A DNA stretch of 63,808 bases, counting the filler, from Hyphochytrium catenoides (Eukaryota > Protista > Hyphochytriomycota), in the NCBI GenBank assembly GCA_900088475.1. It is 13 parts of 13 records of this genome, joined end to end, with 100 filler letters (N's around TTAATTAATTAA, not from the genome) between each part and the next. Parts side by side here need not be neighbours in the genome. Positions count along the whole stretch, not along the records: positions 50,947 to 56,286 come from FLMG01000325.1; positions 56,387 to 58,445 come from FLMG01003991.1; positions 58,546 to 61,274 come from FLMG01002947.1; positions 61,375 to 62,630 come from FLMG01004289.1; 9 more parts are not named here. One strand, 5' to 3'. Made by a program: the position numbers and the translations under genes. Positions 52,036-62,730 of this stretch are shown piece after piece (within the stretch, counting starts at the first letter, position 1; every line of letters starts with the position of its first letter). The notes beneath the pieces are model-generated. The model was not told where the DNA came from and did not search any database. It saw nothing but the letters and a program-made list of their open reading frames with translations.

Positions 52036-53772
52036 ATGTATAGGAAGTGGTATGAAAAGATGTATGCTGCAGCAGGAAGTGGTGATCTTGAAGAGCTTCG
52101 GCGACTTCACGGTACCTCAAGCAGTGGAGTTAGTGCTTGTACTAGTGCTTGCACCAGTGGCGCTATAATGAACCGCGCAGCAAGTGAGGGGCATTTGGAG
52201 GTTGTGAAATGGCTTTACACGCATGATGGCACGGAAGGCTGCAGATCGAGTGCACCACAGATTGGAATGTACTGCGCGGTAGAGTCTGGTCACATGGATG
52301 TGGTGAAATGGCTTCATACAATGGGTGTTCCAGCTTCTACCGATTATATGGACGGTGCCGCAAAGGAGGGACGTCTGGAGGTGGTAAAATGGCTCCACAC
52401 GCATCGCACCGACGGATGTTCTCCACGTGCAATGACTTCTGCGGCAGAGAATGGGCATCTGGACGTTGTACAATGGCTACATGTAAACCGCACGGAAGGT
52501 TGCACTCATCATGCAATGAATTGGGCAGCAAGGCGCGGCCATCTTAACGTTGTTAAATGGCTACATGAGAATCGTACGGAAGGCTGCACCGCTGATGCGA
52601 TGACTTTTGCAGCAGAGCATGGCCAATTGCACGTGGTCAAATGGCTTCATGAGAATCGAATGGAAGGATGCCATTTCATAGCAATGGACAACGCTGCAGC
52701 GAAGGGTCATCTGGAAGTGGTCGTATGGCTTCATGAGAATCGTACGGAAGGTTGCAGTACTTGGGCAATGGACGTTGCCGCACTGAATGGTTATTTAAAG
52801 ATGGTGAAGTGGCTTCATGAAAATCGCACTGAAGGCTGCACCGTGAGAGCAATGAATGGGCCAGCGGGTAATGGCCACCTGCATATTATGCAATGGCTAC
52901 ATGAGAATCGCACTGAAGGTTGCACCACCGCGGCAATGGACGATGCAGCAAGGTATGGGCAATTCCACGTCTTGAAATGGCTACATGAAAATCGCACAGA
53001 AGGATGCACTTATCAGGCAATGGACTACGCAGCGAGCCGGGGTGATTTGGAAATGGTAAAATATCTTCATGAGCATCGTACCGAAGGGTGCAGTTCAGGG
53101 GCAATGAATAGTGCAGCGAGAAATGGTCGTTTGGATATAGTACAATGGCTTCATGAGCATCGTAGAGAAGGCTGTACTCGAGCAGCAATGGACTTAGCAG
53201 CACAATCTGGATACCAGTATATGGTGCAATGGCTTCATGCGAATCGCACAGAAGGAGGTACTTCGCAAGCAATGACCCTAGCAGCAGGGAAAGGTTATCT
53301 GGAGATTGTCAAATGGCTCCATAAGAATCGCGCGGAAGGCTGCACTGCGAATGCTATGGATTATGCCGCAGAGTGGGGTCATCTGGACGTCGTTAAATGG
53401 CTTCATGAGAATCGTAAAGAAGGCTGCACTACCGGTGCAATGAACCGCGCCGCAGCGCAGGGCAATCTGGAAGTGGTCATATGGCTTCATGAGAATCGGA
53501 CGGAGGGTTGCACTACTGAGGCGATGAACAATTCCGCGGCGGGTCGGCACGAGATAGTGGAATTCTTGTATAGGAAGAAGCTGTACAACTACAAAGAATT
53601 GACTACCATGGCAAAAGAAAGAATCCGCCCATTGATGATGGAGGATATTGCCCGTCATTGCAGACGTGCTCAGTCCATGCAAATACGAAATGAGTTTCTT
53701 TGCAAGTACCTAATCTACCGACCTCATACAAAGTTCATGGCCCGACTAGTAAGGAGGTACAATGACTATTAA
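52036..53772 (+). CDS. Intronless ankyrin-like repeat protein (about 18 repeats, 28-aa WLHENRTEGC type)
   Basis: 578-aa ORF with consensus GCTxxAMDxAAxxGHLEVVKWLHENRTE. Confidence 0.93.
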   Translation: MYRKWYEKMYAAAGSGDLEELRRLHGTSSSGVSACTSACTSGAIMNRAASEGHLEVVKWLYTHDGTEGCRSSAPQIGMYCAVESGHMDVVKWLHTMGVPASTDYMDGAAKEGRLEVVKWLHTHRTDGCSPRAMTSAAENGHLDVVQWLHVNRTEGCTHHAMNWAARRGHLNVVKWLHENRTEGCTADAMTFAAEHGQLHVVKWLHENRMEGCHFIAMDNAAAKGHLEVVVWLHENRTEGCSTWAMDVAALNGYLKMVKWLHENRTEGCTVRAMNGPAGNGHLHIMQWLHENRTEGCTTAAMDDAARYGQFHVLKWLHENRTEGCTYQAMDYAASRGDLEMVKYLHEHRTEGCSSGAMNSAARNGRLDIVQWLHEHRREGCTRAAMDLAAQSGYQYMVQWLHANRTEGGTSQAMTLAAGKGYLEIVKWLHKNRAEGCTANAMDYAAEWGHLDVVKWLHENRKEGCTTGAMNRAAAQGNLEVVIWLHENRTEGCTTEAMNNSAAGRHEIVEFLYRKKLYNYKELTTMAKERIRPLMMEDIARHCRRAQSMQIRNEFLCKYLIYRPHTKFMARLVRRYNDY

Positions 53773-54392
53773 TTGTCAGGTATAACCATAATGCAATGCA
53801 TTTTAGGTATCCCTTTGTGTTGATCACTATGCTGACTTGAAGAGATTCTATGCCTAGTTTTGACTCTCTGGTTCTCATACCATGAGTAGAAGCATACTCT
53901 GCTACTTCACCCTTCGGTGACTGAGTAGCTTTTGACTCCTTGCGCTTCCGACCTTGACTTCTGTCGTGAGAGCTTCATCTTCTTCTTTGTCTTGTAATGT
54001 TTTATAAAAAATTTTGTCGCCTTTGGTGGCCGGGTGAGCTCCCTCATTCTCCCTTCCTTCTTTTTCTCCCTTTCTGGCCTTCTACTCGTCTCTCTTCTTG
54101 TTCCTCTTCGTTTTAGTAGTGCATATTTCATGTTGTCTTTCTTCCTTCCTCTTTTATAAACAGTAGTCGACTAGTTACTCCTTGAATATTTTCTCGTAAA
54201 TAAAGCAGCTGGACCCTTCTCTTGCTTGTCTCGCGACTGCTGAGCTTGATGGTGATGTCATGGTTGCTAGTGGTTCATCTCCTCCTCCCTCTTCTCCTTC
54301 TTCTCTGCTTATCATTACTGAGGAAATCAACTATGATTCTTCCTTTACTGATGATGAGCACGGTGCAGATCGAGTTGAGGCGGAAGAGCCTA

Positions 54393-54523
54393 TGGCTTCT
54401 TAGCTTTTCTTCTCTTTCTCTTCTTCTTCTTCCCTTTCTTCTTCTCCTAGATTAGTTGGCTTCTTAGCTTTTCTTCTCTTTCTCTTCTTCTTCTTCACTT
54501 TCTTCTTCTCCTAGACTAGTTTG
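54393..54523. repeat. 64-bp tandem duplication
   Basis: tggcttcttagcttttcttctc...cctaga(t/c)tagt at 54393 and 54457. Confidence 0.85.
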
Positions 54524-55302
54524 GTAAGTAAAAACGGACTCGCTGCAATCTCAAAATAAAGGCCTCATCAACGTAAAAAAAAATTAGAAGTCTTATTATT
54601 ATGATTTTTCACTTTGGAAAGTTGATAGCAACATTGAAGAACCGACTCTATCTGAACACATTGCATAGAAACTTATGTCGAGGTATTATCATATTCATCA
54701 ACGCTACCTTGTGATGGTCAAGTGAGGAACTTTTTGAATGTCTGAACGATCTGAAATTGGAAGCGGAATAGAGAGATTAAATTACTATACTACGTCGCAT
54801 CTGGAAATAGAGCCACTCCCGGGAAGTCTACGGGACGAAATCAATTATGAGTGCGAGGCACAACAGAAACAACGCTGCTCTAACTTCGTACCTTTCATCT
54901 TCTTCTCCATCACTTCTAGAAGAGATGTTCGAGCCTTATTACGGCCAGTAGTGTAAATACGAAGTTGCATTACCTTGCATCATAGAGTTCATGGCCAAGA
55001 CCTTTGATCGCATACAGAAACAGCAGATTGTTGTCCGCGACTCTCTAGCCACCAAACCTCTTTCCAAGCCAAATTCTAGGTGGCTCGCTCAAGCGAAAGG
55101 AAGCAGAGTTCGCGAAGGAATGCAGAGTATCTGGATATCTTTGAAGCGAGTGACTCATTCAGCGCACCATAGGACAGCAACATATTTGTTCTCAGCAGAG
55201 TTGATTGCCCCATCCACTACTACTTTAGATGTATGATTTGAAATAATGTCAAATCGACAAAAAACTAGTCTGCTGTCATTTCGCATCGGACATTGTCTGG
55301 CA

Positions 55303-55397
55303 TACTTGGCTAGTGATCCTCAGTGGACTGACTCTATACTTGGCTAGTGATCCTCAGTGGACGACTGACTAGTGACCTTCAGTGGGCTGACTCTATC
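55303..55397. repeat. 34-bp minisatellite, about 3 imperfect copies
   Basis: tacttggctagtgatcctcagtggactgactcta is repeated in tandem. Confidence 0.8.
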
Positions 55398-56386
55398 TGA
55401 ACTTATTCAGGACCACCATCAATCACACAGACTAAGTGTCGTTGTTGCACAATGACTCCATAGCGTCTTCTCACTTTACGATTTTCCACCTACCCAACAA
55501 GTCAAAGTAAAATAAGTATATAAACTATGCCGGGCAGTCCTGTGCCGCCTATTATCGCGACCTCACGCTTTTTTCCACATGTCTTCTTCTATGGCAACGC
55601 TGTTATCGATGCATTACGCAACGGCAGTCAAACAAGTAAAGAGATCAAGAAGTCTTTATAATACATGTACTGTAAGTACGGGTAGAACTAATGTTCCTAT
55701 GGCGAAACGGTATCAAGAGAAGTGGCATGTAGTCAGCAGTGTTTCAAGCCTTCAGTGTTCGTACAAGTTGTTAGTTGCATACATGTGTGTATGTCCATAT
55801 GGTGTAATGGTAACAATGGGGCTATAACCGTTGCTTTAGAACTCGTACTTGTAGAACTACAACACTCTGATGACTTTGTTTGACACTCATTTGAGACTTG
55901 AATAAGAGTCGGTTGAGACCTGTTCTCCTACTACTGTAGGCTTTGATGACTTGATGAGGACCCGTTCCTGAGAGGGAAAAAGCTCATGACTTGCTTGTGA
56001 CCCGGACACTCGATTGAAGACCTGATGGACTCACAGACTCTGCGAGCAGGACCCGTTAACGACCCGAGTTACCTGACACAATCATTGGGTGCCGGGTCAT
56101 GACCCGAGCTACTGGACCAGGAGCACCTGTCAAGAGCAGGTCATTTATTAGTTTCCTAATTCTACGACCGCAATAAATCATTGACTAGTTGAGGTCTCAC
56201 ACACGCCATCCCACCTCTCCTTGTCTTGAAGATCCAGTGTTCCAAAGGTGGCTGCGGGACAATCACAGAGTGGTATGTCCCAGAGGNNNNNNNNNNNNNN
56301 NNNNNNNNNNNNNNNNNNNNNNNNNNNNNNTTAATTAATTAANNNNNNNNNNNNNNNNNNNNNNNNNNNNNNNNNNNNNNNNNNNN

Positions 56387-58445
56387 GCTGTTGACAACAG
56401 AACCCATTATGCTTCACCATCCAGACCCCAAAAAAGATTACATTCTACACCTAGATGGAAGCCAAAACGGCTATGGAGCTATCGTCTGTCAAAAAGACGA
56501 TGACAGAAAAGAAAGGGTCATTGCATACTGGTCAAAGACCCATAAAAGCAAAGTCCGCAGCCACTATTTTGAGATCAAAGCTCTCATAGAGGCAGTCAAA
56601 CACTTCAAATATTACCTGCTTGGAACCTCAATAATCCATGTAGTAGGTGACCACAAACCACTAACAGCCCTAATGCGCAAAGAAGCTGAAGGTGTCAAAG
56701 AAGAATGGAAACATTATCTCCAAAGCTATAACTTCACCTATAATTATAGGCCTGGCACGGAGATCCCATCAGACTACCTCAGTAGGCCATCTCAGTCACA
56801 AATAACCTCCGACAACGATGAGCCACTCCCACAACTAAAGACCCACAAAGGACAACCTTTGATAAAATATCAGAGCTGCAAAAGATTACAGCCTGACAAC
56901 ATAATAGCCATCATTATAGCAAACAAAGACCTACCTCCACAAATGACAGAGGTCTACGCTATTGTTGATACTCTCACGGATAGTCTGGCTGTCGAACAGG
57001 CTACCGATAACGCTATTACAAGCGTCATCAACAAACTCCGGCAGACAATCCCGGAACCAAAAGAAATGCAACATGACACAATTACCATGAGAAATGGTAG
57101 AATCAGAAAAGTGCAGAAGAAAGAAATTCTGCAGCACAACCAGTAGTATCGCGAAGAGCTAATACGCATCCATCACGACTATGAACTCAGAAAAGACAGT
57201 GAACTGTGGAGAAAACCTCCCATCAACGCTAACAAACGTATAGCACCACACCTCAGAACAATAGAGGCAGTCCCTGTGATACCTGACAAATGGGTACCTA
57301 ACATCATAGAAAGAGCACACGTGGACCTATTGTGTCACCGTAATGCCAAAAGCACAGTGGCATTCCTCCGCCAACAAACCTATTGGTTGGGAGAATCCAT
57401 GCTAAAAACGGTCAAAAAGTGGATCAAGAAATGCAAAATATGCGAACTCCACCCCTTCACAAATAAGATGATCACTGAACAATACTCAATGATCCCCTTA
57501 CGAAGAAACCATATACTAAACCTTGACCATATAGACAAGCTCCCCAAAACCCAAAGAGGGAACACATGTGCGACCATATTGCACGACCCATTTGACGATT
57601 TTGCAAAAATAGTACCTGCAAAAAGCAAAAGTGCCCCAGAAACAGCGTTCCTAATATGGGACCAATGGCTCGCTGACCCGATTGGTGGCTTCCCTGAGAT
57701 ACTGCAGCACGACCACACCAAACCTTCTTATCTGACGTGATAAAATGCTCACGTGAGATGTACGACATAAAGGCAAGTGTTAGCTCCGCAGGAAGCCATG
57801 GCAAGACAAGCCGAGTTGAAAGAACCATAAGAACCTTCAACAACATGCTATCTAAAATGATTAGCGAAAATCAAACCGACTGGGACATCAAATGTAGCGC
57901 AGTCTGGAAAGCACATGCCATGTGTATATCATCAAGCACTGGGTACTCTCCAATATTCATGCGCACTCTAATGCATCCCCGCTTACCGGAGATAATCCCA
58001 TACTCCGATCGTACACCAGAAAAGATGTACACAAAGCCAAAACAATACGTTGATGCCATGACAAAAGTATTCAACGACGTCATCAAGAACTCCATCACGT
58101 ATAGGCAACACCTAGCAGACCAAAAGCGCCGGCTGCTACTAAAACCCCGCCTACCTCAAGTGCATGAGTACGAAGCACTGAGCATAGGGCAATCAGTCAA
58201 CCGACTGAACGTGTCAGCTCTGAAGCCAAAGAAAGAACAAGCAGACGCACAAAAAGACACAGCTAACTCTGCTGACTCAATTCTTCACCAAGAAGAGAAA
58301 GCAACAACCCCCAAGCCGAAACAAAAGCTTGCAACACATTGGGAACAAGGGTACAAAGTGCTCGAAAAAGTTGACGCCTTAACATACAAGTTAGGGCACA
58401 AAAGAACAACTAAGACCGGCAAAACACGCCAAAAGACAGTGATTG
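56387..58445 (+). mobile_element. Ty3/Gypsy pol fragment (RT-RNase H connection, RNase H, integrase), disrupted
   Basis: LHLDGSQNGYGAIVCQ, VIAYWSK, EIKALIEAVKHFKYYLLG, DHKPL; HHCC zinc finger (AH..CH..CKIC); LNLDHIDKLPKTQRGN, VERTIRT, STGYSP. In-frame TAG at 57144-57146 and a 1-bp frameshift near 57720. Confidence 0.93.
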
Positions 58446-58545
58446 NNNNNNNNNNNNNNNNNNNNNNNNNNNNNNNNNNNNNNNNNNNNTTAATTAATTA
58501 ANNNNNNNNNNNNNNNNNNNNNNNNNNNNNNNNNNNNNNNNNNNN

Positions 58546-59671
58546 GGAGGCCGGGCACCAATTTCACGCTTGACTGTTGGTAAAGGCCGAGAGCTTGATC
58601 CGCTACGACCTCCCATTCCTACGAACGCCACCACCTGCAGGAGCGGCCGACGAAGGGTTACACAATCTCGCGAGATACGGAGAGTGAGGAACTAAGAACG
58701 TTTAGCGACAGGTCTGTGATATGAATATATAGAGACCTGCACATGGGCAGTGTTCCAACCCAGTAAGCAGGTTCATATATTAGAGAAAAGCGAAATATAA
58801 CTCATGACGTCGGTTCGTACTCTTGAAGAAGAAGCAGGGGTTGGACCAGCCCCTCGGCCCCTCCCTCTGGGAGAGGGTGTAGTCCCTCGGCCACCACCTC
58901 GGCCTCCTCTTCGAGCCTCCCATTCCTTGTTTCCCCTTCCGCCTTCTCTTCGGGATCCTGACGGAATGGACCTAAACAGAGAGCTATGAGTAACACTCTG
59001 AAAGGGTGACGCTGGAATAGCATGGCAGCAGAGGAAACTAGGCATGGAGATAGGACATGGAGAGGGAAACGTACGGCTTGACATCCGCAGAAGCCTGCTT
59101 CGCTTCCTCAGCTTTTGGTTTCTTCTGGGGCGCTCTGGGACCATACTGCATACGAAGGCAGCAGGGGCAACATCGCGTAGGAGAGGAAAGCGAGGTGAGC
59201 ATTTGTTTAGCATTCAAGCAAGAGTAGAGCAGAGATAACCTTCAGTTTTGGTCCTCCAGGGCCTAAGCCCGTAGCCCTGCCACCTGCCGCCAAAGATGTT
59301 GACGAGAGAAGCCCAGTGTCTTTCCTCAGGGAGCTGTTAAAAGGTGTGAAGGCCACGGAGACAATTAAGATTGACGTAAGGAAGGACATGAGAGAACTTA
59401 TAACGGTACGATGAGAGGAAGAATATATAGGGGTTGGGAAACCAGACAGGAGAGGAACGGCGCGTCCAGCAAGGTCTTGGAAGCTTGAACCATCTCCCTA
59501 CAGAGGAATCCCAACTCACCCCAGTCTGAGGCTGGTGTCAACTCTGCCCACCGCAATCTGCTTGCCCAAGGTCGCGGGCACTGGCCGCAAGCTCTGGGAA
59601 ACCCCCGAGGAAGAGGCTGGACGAGCCGCCACCCGCTTGGGCCCCTCTTTCGTGGCCTTGTGCTCGTCCAT
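58546..59671 (-). CDS. Probable RNA polymerase III subunit RPC4/Rpc53 N-terminal part, 3'-truncated
   Basis: Spliced exons give GPGGPKLK|YGPRAPQKKPK, an RG-rich stretch (GRGGGRG..PRGRGRG) and VVAFVG, the order seen in RPC4 N-termini. The diagnostic C-terminal domain is outside the fragment. Confidence 0.5.
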
Positions 59672-60426
59672 GGCCTGGGTGAGGGAGGACCGTTTTTTTA
59701 CACCGCGTCCTTTAACTCGGCGCTCTCTTTCGACCCGCTGCTGGCCTTGTCTATGTCTCACAGCCTCATCACGCCTGAGGTCACTAGTCGTTGATAGCGC
59801 TCTACAGAGTTTCGTCTCCCGCCGCCTTGGCTCCTCTGGTCAGCATGATGAGCAGGGCCAAGAGCTGCCACACTCGCCTGTTCTTCATCTTCCATCTTCC
59901 TCCTCTCTCCAGGCTCCCCATTCTTCTCTCTCCAATCATCATAAGAGAAAGAGATTCTTGTCCTCCCCCAGGAGCTAGAAACTAATCCTTCCCCCAGGAG
60001 TGGTATCCAGAACTCCCCTTGGTGCTGGGCTGGTTCTGATCGCTGGTGGCGAAGAGCCAACAAAGAGCCTTCGCCAGTCCCAGAGCTTCATCTGAAGCAC
60101 TTCTGAAGCTTTGGCTATGATGTTCCTTGGTAATGATCATTCTCGCCCTCTCTCAGTTGCCTTCTATCTCTAATGGACCAGGGCTTAGAGTCACAGCGTA
60201 CTCTGAGATAGAGGAGCGTCGAACTGGAGAAAGAAGGCACTGTCTTATCGTCATATAAGCTCTTCCACATCAGTCTCGTCAATCACCTTCCGGATTATCA
60301 ATCCGCTTGTTGCTACGCTAGCCGACCTACAGATTCTAGCGCACTTTGATAGTGCTGGAAGTATCAGGGTATAAAGAGGTATTACAGGGGCTCCCACTTC
60401 TAAAGTAGCAGTGTCAGGGAAGAAAG

Positions 60427-61274
60427 ATGGCCGACGCAGTGCAAGCGCTCCTAGAGCGCATGATCCCAGACTTGGAAGAACTCCAAGAGCTAGGCATTTT
60501 CTCAAAGGTGTGATCCGCGCCGATAATAATGGCTGTAGGTTGATCCTTGTGTCTAAGCTTCCCTATACGCAGGAGGAGATCAAGGCAATAGTAGGCAAGA
60601 GACGCGACTATGAGTACCTGCTCCAACGGCGAGCGGTGCGCAAGATGGACTACCTCCGATATATTGCCTATGAAATGAACCTCGACGACCTCAGAAAGAG
60701 ACGGAAGCGCAAACTCTGTACGTCACCACGTCGAAGATACTGCAGAGTGACACCCTGCTGAGTCCATACTGTTCATCATCCCACTCCGTTGTCCCTCTGC
60801 CTAATGGAAGATGGACTTTCCCGCATATCATTTGTTGTGGCTCTTTCGACGCGGCAGCATCGCAGCCTTTTCTCCCGTGGTCTCTGTGTCTTTGTGTCTC
60901 TTTGTCATTTTCGTTCCTTACCGTCACTATCTTCAATTCTCCCAAGACCTCCTCACTTTATTATCTTGTGGCTACAGCTATCATGAAGACATGTCGCAGC
61001 GATCACAGCTCTGTCAAGCAGATTCACTCTATTTTCGAGAGAGCCGTGCGCAAGTTCAAGGGCGATGTACAACTTTGGCTCCAGTTTATAGCGTTCTGTA
61101 GGCAAACAGAAGGATCGAGAGTCCTTTCCCAGCTGTTTACGAGGTGCGAGTTGTCGCTGGCTCTGACATTGGTCATGGCTCTACGTCTATGCCTCCTCGT
61201 ATCGTTGGACTGCTCTTTGGGCTGAAGGCTTTTCTGGCTAAGATGCTGTTTCGTTCTTTTCGTTCTTTTAGAGC
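60427..61274 (+). CDS. UTP6: U3 snoRNA-associated protein 6 (HAT repeats), 3'-truncated
   Basis: MADAVQALLERMIPDLEELQELGIFSK|EEIKAIVGKRRDYEYLLQRR..DYLRYIAYEMNLDDLRKRRKRKL and IHSIFERAVRKFKGDVQLWLQFIAFC. Confidence 0.93.
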
Positions 61275-61569
61275 NNNNNNNNNNNNNNNNNNNNNNNNNN
61301 NNNNNNNNNNNNNNNNNNTTAATTAATTAANNNNNNNNNNNNNNNNNNNNNNNNNNNNNNNNNNNNNNNNNNNNCCTCCTCCTGAGCAAGGCAAGGGAGC
61401 GAGGCGTGAGGCGCGGACATAGACTTCATACAGGACGACAACGCTCTGAGAATGGGAAAAGCTTGTTACGACCAAGGAGAGGCAGAAGCACAGTTATCCG
61501 TCTACCAATAGGTAAGATTGAAGTAACAAAACGGCTGCAAAGACAACAGGAGCCAAACGCCATCGGTAC

Positions 61570-62630
61570 CTGAATATCCCATATTCGCACGGTCATATCA
61601 AAAGAGGTGGAGGCTAGCACATTAGGAGAGTGCGGAGAAAACTTTATTTGACGAACAGCAAAGCCATGGCCTCGCAAAAGGAGAGTCTCCTGACCAGGCC
61701 GCCTGAGGTCCTGGACACAGGCACGTGTGAGAAAGAGGCTACAAGGGTAGATGGGACGTTAAGAGGCCATTCCATGGAAGAACTAGTGGGGCAGCAAGGC
61801 GAATGATAATAATGCAAGACTGGTAGCTCAGTGAACGCTGTGCCCCGTAGCGTATGGATCAGACGCAGAACAGTAGAGCAGGGATACTGAGAAGATGTGA
61901 CTTACCCAAACCTTGATTGTTCTGTCCACTGAGCCAGTGGCGAACTCATAGTCTTTATACTTGTTCCAATCTGCACAGAGAATTTCATGGCCATGGGCCT
62001 AGTATTGAAATTATGTCAGAGAGGGGATCGGAGACACACTACTCTTTGCAAAAGCTCAAAAGTCATTATGCGCTAAGACAGGTTCGAGGCAATAGAAGCT
62101 ATGCATGCGGCAGAGCGGCGACACGCAAAAGCAACATGACAAGAAAGGTAGCCAGTGTGTCGTACCGGTATGGAATGGACAGGATGAGGAACATTGAGGT
62201 CCCACACCTTAACCGTCTGGTCGCCAGAGCAAGAGAGAAAAGAGGATGCGGACCGGGGATTCCAGACTGCATTGTACACGCAATAATTGTGACCGGTGAA
62301 GGTCCTCAGAGAATGTGGGACGTCAGGGTCCCAAAGCTGGAAGTGGAAAATAGAGTGAGGCATATGAAGTACCTTCGGTAGAAGAGCATCAAGGATAAGT
62401 ACAAGCTAAAAGGAGAACAGCCCTCACTAAGAAGAAACACAAAGGGACACCGGGGTAATACCTTGCAAACTCTCCCAGCATGCAAACATCAAGGGCGGAA
62501 GCAAAAGAGGGGGAATTTTAGAGGTATACTGGACCTTGACTGTCTTGTCCCACGAGGCCGAGAGGAAGTTTGTCTTATTCACCAAGTTCCAACTGACGCT
62601 CGCTGCTTCCTCTGAGTGTTCTGCCCAGTG
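61570..62630 (-). CDS. PEX7: Peroxisomal targeting signal 2 receptor (WD40), internal fragment
   Basis: EHSEEAASVSWNLVNKTNFLSASWDKTVK|LWDP..SLRTFTGHNYCVYNAVWNP, DWNKY...ATGSVDRTIKVW|DLRRP..LRGHGFAVRQIKFSPHSPNVLASTSFDMTVRIWD. Confidence 0.93.
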
Positions 62631-62730
62631 NNNNNNNNNNNNNNNNNNNNNNNNNNNNNNNNNNNNNNNNNNNNTTAATTAATTAANNNNNNNNNNNNNN
62701 NNNNNNNNNNNNNNNNNNNNNNNNNNNNNN

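Noticed and set aside
57144-57146. In-frame TAG as stop-codon reassignment or programmed readthrough
   Set aside because: It is a single case in a transposon that also has a frameshift. Long conserved exons (ABCA, PPR, ankyrin) contain no in-frame stops, and a point mutation explains it.
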